A DNA stretch of 40,904 bases from an uncultured Alphaproteobacteria bacterium (GTDB lineage: Bacteria; Pseudomonadota; Alphaproteobacteria; Micropepsales; Micropepsaceae), in NCBI GenBank assembly GCA_903902075.1, contig CAIUTH010000322.1, positions 1-40,904 of the forward strand, written 5' to 3'. Each line of letters opens with the position of its first letter. Positions within the stretch are counted from its first letter, which is position 1. The notes beneath the pieces were generated by a model, which did not search any database, was not told the DNA's origin, and worked only from the letters and a program-made list of their open reading frames with translations. Of this stretch, positions 36,259 to 40,904 are shown piece after piece. Both the position numbers and the translations under genes were made by a program.

Positions 36259-36825
36259 ATGCGTGCCCGTATTTTCCCCAGCGTTTTCGCAGGAATTTTC
36301 ACCCTGCTGGCCATGGCCCTGAACGGGCCGGCCGGCGCGCAGCCCTATGGTCCGGCCTATGGCTACAGCCGCGGGATCCAGCCGCTGGACCGTTTGCTGC
36401 CCGGCATTCGCCGCGATCATCCCGGCGACTTCTATGATGCCGAAGGTCCCACCTATGGGCCGACCGGCGATCCGCACTATCACCTCAAATGGATGACGCC
36501 GGACGGGCGCGTGATCTGGTACGACGCCGATGCGCGCAATGGCCGTGTGCTGCGCAGCTCGCCGGGCCGCGATGGTTTCGACAATCACCGTTTTGAAGGC
36601 CCGCCGATGCCCGGCTATGGCCGTCCCTATCCGGACCGCTATCCGTCTTACACGGACGGCTATCGCGGCGCCCCGGATCGGGATCGCGGTGATGTCGGTT
36701 CGCGCAATTTCGGACCCGGCGCCGGCTATGATAGGCCGTATCGCGATTTTGGCGGCCGTGGCGACGGCGGTGGCCGTGGCGACGGCGGTGGCCGTGGCGA
36801 CGGCGGCGGCCGCTGGCGGCATTAG
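36259..36825 (+). CDS. Secreted PepSY-like protein with a Gly/Arg/Asp-rich tail
   Basis: Signal peptide; PL...L..I....PG...DA...Y.LKW.T.DGRV...DA.NGRVL; first gene of the two-component operon. Confidence 0.85.
   Translation: MRARIFPSVFAGIFTLLAMALNGPAGAQPYGPAYGYSRGIQPLDRLLPGIRRDHPGDFYDAEGPTYGPTGDPHYHLKWMTPDGRVIWYDADARNGRVLRSSPGRDGFDNHRFEGPPMPGYGRPYPDRYPSYTDGYRGAPDRDRGDVGSRNFGPGAGYDRPYRDFGGRGDGGGRGDGGGRGDGGGRWRH
36754..36807 (+). repeat. Coding tandem repeat, 18 nt x 3 (GRGDGG)
   Basis: GGCCGTGGCGACGGCGG(T/C) three times. Confidence 0.9.
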
Positions 36826-36836
36826 AGGAGGAAGCA

Positions 36837-37523
36837 ATGCGCATTCTTCTGGTGGAAGACGACAAGGACCTGCAGCGGCTTTTGAAAAAGGCGCTGGGCG
36901 ATGCCGGTTATGTGGTGGACAGCGCGCTGGATGGCGAGGAAGGCCATTTCCTGGGCGAGACCGAACCCTATGACGCGGTGATCCTGGACCTGGGGCTGCC
37001 CAAGATGGATGGCGTGGCGGTGCTGGAGAAATGGCGCGCCAGCGGCAAGTCCATGCCGGTGCTGATCCTGACCGCCCGCGACCGCTGGAGCGACAAGGTG
37101 GCGGGCTTCGATGCCGGCGCCGACGATTATCTTGCCAAGCCTTTCTACACCGAAGAATTGCTGGCGCGGTTGCGCGCGCTCCTGCGCCGCGCCGCCGGCA
37201 TCGCCACCGCCGACATCGAGATCGGCAAGCTGCGCATCGACACCCGAGCCAGCCGCGTCACCTTCGATGGCAATCCGGTCAAGCTGACCAGCCAGGAATA
37301 TCGCCTGCTGGCCTACCTGGCGCATCATCGCGGCAAGGTGGTGTCGCGCACCGAACTGGTGGAACATCTCTACGATCAGGATTTCGACCGCGATTCCAAC
37401 ACGATCGAGGTCTTCATTGGCCGCCTGCGCAAGAAGCTGGACGCAGGCCTTATTCAAACGGTGCGCGGGCTTGGCTATTCGCTGGAAGATCCCAAACTGG
37501 GCAGCACGGCGGCTGAGGCTTGA
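36837..37523 (+). CDS. OmpR-family response regulator (FeuP/PhoP-like)
   Basis: MRILLVEDD, ILDLGLP, LTARD, ADDYLAKPF, DSNTIEVF..RLRKKL, TVRGLGY; RBS GAGGAGG. Confidence 0.96.
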   Translation: MRILLVEDDKDLQRLLKKALGDAGYVVDSALDGEEGHFLGETEPYDAVILDLGLPKMDGVAVLEKWRASGKSMPVLILTARDRWSDKVAGFDAGADDYLAKPFYTEELLARLRALLRRAAGIATADIEIGKLRIDTRASRVTFDGNPVKLTSQEYRLLAYLAHHRGKVVSRTELVEHLYDQDFDRDSNTIEVFIGRLRKKLDAGLIQTVRGLGYSLEDPKLGSTAAEA

Positions 37524-38865
37524 GTCCCTATCGTCCCGCCTGATTGCGGCGGCGGCGGTCTGGACTTTGCTGGGGCTTCTGGTGGGCGGCGCTGTTCTGT
37601 CCAACGCCTTTCGCCTGGCCGCGCAGGCCAATTTCGACGCCGCGCTGCAGGTCGACATGGACGGGCTGATCGCCGCTGCCGAGCCCGATCCCGATCCCGA
37701 AGGCGGGGTCCTGCTGGCCGAGCATTTCCTCAATCCCCAATTCGCCCGGGTCTATTCCGGCCTCTATTATCAGATCCGGGTGGGCCAGAATGGTGGCCAG
37801 ATCTCGCGCTCGCTGTTCGACAAGCAAATCCAGCCGGTCAACGAGCCCGCCAAGGGCCCGCTGACCTGGGGCAGCGCGATGGGTCCCGAGAACCAGCACC
37901 TGCGTGTCCTGTCGCGCCGCGTGGATCTGACGCCCGACAACCGCAGCGATGCGAACTACATATTCATGGTGGCGGGTGACACCTCGGCGGTGGATCGCCA
38001 GACGCGCGAATTCAACACCACCCTGTTCTGGTCGTTCCTGCTGCTGGGGCTGGGCCTGATCGCTGCCATCCTGCTGCAGGTGAAGGTGGGCCTGGCCCCG
38101 CTGCGCAAAGTCTCGCGCAGCCTCGCCAAGATTCGCGACGGCGAGGCGCGGCGGCTGGACGGCAATTTCCCCACCGAGATCGCGCCCCTGGCCTCCGAGC
38201 TCAACTCCCTGATCCAGCACAGCGAGGAAGTGGTGGGCCGCGCCCGCACTCATGTTTCCAATCTGGCGCATTTCCTCAAGACACCGCTGTCGGTGCTGGC
38301 GGCGGAAGCCGATGCCCAGCCGGGTCCATTGGCCGACATGGTCAAGCGCCAGGTTTTTTCCATGCGCCGGCAGGTCGATCATTATCTCAGTCGCGCGCGC
38401 GCCGCCGGTTCGCTCGACGTCTTGGGCAATCGCACCCAGGTCAGCGCGGTGATGGACGATCTGTCCCGCGTCATCGCCCGCATCCATGCCGCGCGCGGCA
38501 TCGTCATCGATGCGGAAGCCAGTGCCGACATTTATTTCCGCGGCGAACGCCAGGACCTTGAAGAGATGCTGGGCAACCTGATCGACAATGGCTGCAAATG
38601 GGCCAAAGGCAGGGTCCGGGTGCGCTGTGAAAAGACCGGGGGGCGGCTGGTCCTGACGGTGGAAGACGACGGCCCTGGCCTGTCGGCGCAGCAGCGGGCC
38701 CAGGTGGGGGAGCGGGGGGAGCGGCTGGACGAAACCGTGCCCGGTTCGGGCCTGGGGCTGGCCATCGTCCGGGATATTTCCAAGCTTTACGGCGGTTTTT
38801 TCGCGCTCGATCAAAGTTCCCTGGGCGGCGTGTTGGCGCGCCTGGATCTGCCAGCAATTGTGTAA
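37513..38865 (+). CDS. Sensor histidine kinase (FeuQ/PhoQ-like); start uncertain, possibly CTG
   Basis: Two TM helices, HAMP (P.EIAPLA.ELN), NLAHFLKTPL, GNLIDNGCKW, EDDGPG, GSGLGL. Confidence 0.93.
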   Translation: MRLESLSSRLIAAAAVWTLLGLLVGGAVLSNAFRLAAQANFDAALQVDMDGLIAAAEPDPDPEGGVLLAEHFLNPQFARVYSGLYYQIRVGQNGGQISRSLFDKQIQPVNEPAKGPLTWGSAMGPENQHLRVLSRRVDLTPDNRSDANYIFMVAGDTSAVDRQTREFNTTLFWSFLLLGLGLIAAILLQVKVGLAPLRKVSRSLAKIRDGEARRLDGNFPTEIAPLASELNSLIQHSEEVVGRARTHVSNLAHFLKTPLSVLAAEADAQPGPLADMVKRQVFSMRRQVDHYLSRARAAGSLDVLGNRTQVSAVMDDLSRVIARIHAARGIVIDAEASADIYFRGERQDLEEMLGNLIDNGCKWAKGRVRVRCEKTGGRLVLTVEDDGPGLSAQQRAQVGERGERLDETVPGSGLGLAIVRDISKLYGGFFALDQSSLGGVLARLDLPAIV

Positions 38866-38935
38866 AAGAAACAGGGTGTTAAGGAAATCGCCCCTAATGT
38901 AGGCACCCGCAGCCGGGAGCTGCATACACGTGCCA

Positions 38936-40303
38936 ATGATGCAAAACGACAAGACAGAATTGCTCAAAGCGTTTCTCGCCGGCCTGCCAGGTGCAGCTGC
39001 CAGCCGTCTTGCCATGGCCGTGGAGGTGGACCGGTTGATGGACGGTCGCGCCCTGCCGCACGAAGACATTCTCGACGGACTGCGTCCGGTCCTGCGCCGC
39101 GATCATTACGACCGCACGCCCACGCCGCTGCGCCTGTTCTGCCGTCCGTTCCAGGATTTGCTGAGTTGCGTACCGCGCACCGCCAAGCAAAAGGCGGTGA
39201 TCGCGCGGGGCACCCTGGTGCCGGCCTGGAACTGGATCCGCAACGACCTGCTTCCCGAGGAAGCCGCCGCCTATGTCGCCGAGTGCCGCGCGCTGGTGCT
39301 GGCGCACAGGCATGATGAGGCGCTGGCGCGCGCCGCGCAGTTCTGGCCGCTGGCCGCGGACGCGATGACCAGGGCCGTGTCGGGCTCCCGCGAGACGGTG
39401 CGCACGGCATTGGGCGGCGACGCCGCCGCCGTGAATGACGTTGCGGAAATGGCGCTGCTGCTGTCGGCGGGCGAAGCGATGGAAAACCTGGCCAAGATTT
39501 TGCCCGTGCCGGTGCCGGTGTTCAACGAGCAGCTGGTCTGGCAGGTACGTGAAATCTATGACCAGATGGTCAAGAGCCATCCCGATGTCGCGCCCTATGT
39601 CGCGGTCGTCGCCATGAACCGGCTGGCCAAGCCGTGGGAGGCGCTGCGCCTGCCTCTGCTGGTGACGCGTCACAGCGACGATACGCTGATCGCCCAGACC
39701 GACATGGGACTGGTGGGAGAAATCCTGTTCGCGCGCATGGATGCACTGAAGGCGTCCATCCAGATCACGCGCCATCCCTTGTTCGACGCCCAGAGGCTGT
39801 TGGACGACGTGAAGACCTTCGCCGATCTCTCCAGCCATATCGTCAAGGAAATCGAGCTCAAGCGCGAAGGCGATTGGGCCAAGCGTCTGATGGCCGAGCG
39901 GGTGATGATTGGCAACATCATGGAAACCTTCATGGACCGTGCGCCCAAGGAAGTCGGCGCCGTCCTGCCGATGGCCAAGGGCACCGGCGCCGATTTCTCC
40001 AAGCCCTGCAATGCCGAAAAGCAGGAGATGGCGGTGCGCTATGCGCGCCTGGTGGCGGGTAGCCGCAATTTCGCCGCCGCCGCGTCTTTCGCCGCCAAGC
40101 AAAAGGCGATCTACGAGGATCTCTGCACCAGCCTGAAGCGCTACAACGATGATCTGGTGAAGGCATTGAAAGCCGATCCGCAGCATGCGGTGGCCAACGC
40201 GCAGCTGCAGTTGTGCGCGGAACTTTCCGCCATCCTGTTCAGCGAGGAAGAGGCGGAATTGCTGCGCCGCCGGGCGCGAGCTGCTCAATCTGCCGCCGCC
40301 TGA
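38936..40303 (+). CDS. Hypothetical alpha-helical protein (about 455 aa)
   Basis: Long ORF with typical codon bias; no TM helix or recognisable motif; start could be 38930, 38936 or 38939. Confidence 0.85.
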   Translation: MMQNDKTELLKAFLAGLPGAAASRLAMAVEVDRLMDGRALPHEDILDGLRPVLRRDHYDRTPTPLRLFCRPFQDLLSCVPRTAKQKAVIARGTLVPAWNWIRNDLLPEEAAAYVAECRALVLAHRHDEALARAAQFWPLAADAMTRAVSGSRETVRTALGGDAAAVNDVAEMALLLSAGEAMENLAKILPVPVPVFNEQLVWQVREIYDQMVKSHPDVAPYVAVVAMNRLAKPWEALRLPLLVTRHSDDTLIAQTDMGLVGEILFARMDALKASIQITRHPLFDAQRLLDDVKTFADLSSHIVKEIELKREGDWAKRLMAERVMIGNIMETFMDRAPKEVGAVLPMAKGTGADFSKPCNAEKQEMAVRYARLVAGSRNFAAAASFAAKQKAIYEDLCTSLKRYNDDLVKALKADPQHAVANAQLQLCAELSAILFSEEEAELLRRRARAAQSAAA

Positions 40304-40453
40304 CCAGCGTTTCAAACCCTTCCTGAACGCCGGATGAACGGGAGCGAAATCCCCTGCAAATATAGCTTTTTCTTGTTTTGACATTGAACCGGCAGGAGCG
40401 TTTCCTACGTACGCCTTACAGTTGCCAGAGGGGCAATCATGGAGACGTTCGAA

Positions 40454-40904
40454 ATGTTCCGTACACCGCTCATCGCCGCCTTGACGGTCGCCCTGCTGGG
40501 CGGAACCGCGCTGGCGCAGCCGGCCAATTCGCCGCCCACCAATCTGAACGATCGTTATCCGTCCAATAGCGCACGCAGCGCGCCGGACTATGACGATGAT
40601 GACGTTAATCCGTCCGCTCCGCCTCGCGGCTACGCGAATGGCTCGTCCGCCGATCAGCGCGGCGCCTATGATTCCCGCAGCGCCCCGTCCGCTTCACAGA
40701 GCGGCCAGCAGGCCGCTGCCGACCGCGACATCTTCTGCCGCCGCGATGCCGCGGCCCGTACCGGCTATACCATCCCGCGCGAAGCCGCGCGCGACGAACA
40801 GACGCGCGGCACGGTTGGCGGTCTTCTGGGCGGTGCGGTGCTGGGCACCGTGCTGGGCGCGGCCGCCGGCAATGCCGGTCTTGGCGCCGCAGCCGGCGCA
40901 GGCG
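40454..40904 (+). CDS. Secreted glycine-zipper protein, truncated by the window end
   Basis: MFRTPLIAALTVALLGGTALA signal peptide after GGAG; D.D.FCRR.A; GGLLGGAVLGTVLGAAAGNAGLGAAAGAG zipper. Confidence 0.85.
   Translation, partial: MFRTPLIAALTVALLGGTALAQPANSPPTNLNDRYPSNSARSAPDYDDDDVNPSAPPRGYANGSSADQRGAYDSRSAPSASQSGQQAAADRDIFCRRDAAARTGYTIPREAARDEQTRGTVGGLLGGAVLGTVLGAAAGNAGLGAAAGAG

Noticed and set aside
36754-36807. Repeat array resembling CRISPR
   Set aside because: Contiguous 18-nt coding repeats with no spacers and no cas genes.
40378-40569. 63-aa ORF from the ORF track
   Set aside because: Out of frame with the glycine-zipper gene starting at 40454, which has an RBS and signal peptide.

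Overview
This is a GC-rich alphaproteobacterial chromosomal segment (inferred from DivJ/PdhS-type kinases, DUF1491, DUF2336, DUF5330, a Cle-type CheY-like protein and the DUF2849-cysI-DUF934 operon). About 45 CDS are supportable. They include two cold-shock paralogues bracketing a small stress-gene block, uvrB, Fe-SOD, a cell-cycle/polarity cluster, prfC, an ornithine/lysine decarboxylase, sulfite reductase, MFS and ABC transporters, PBP1A and a PepSY-linked OmpR-type two-component system. I saw no rRNA, tRNA, CRISPR array, transposase or prophage. The most unusual signal is non-genic: a 33-36-nt double-hairpin module with an invariant core TACGCTGTCGC(T/C)A occurs four times (1598-1630, 16210-16245, 20926-20960, 25394-25429). 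Its stems vary but keep pairing, and it has a fixed 17-nt 5' arm. It interrupts a duplicated arsC 5' end and sits nested inside larger palindromic repeats, one of which lies in frame in a lipoprotein signal peptide. Candidate regulatory signals are 11-bp-phased GTTCA direct repeats, near-consensus CtrA boxes, an EcfG-type promoter and a possible 3'-UTR sRNA. All family assignments come from motif recognition by eye; no database searches were run.
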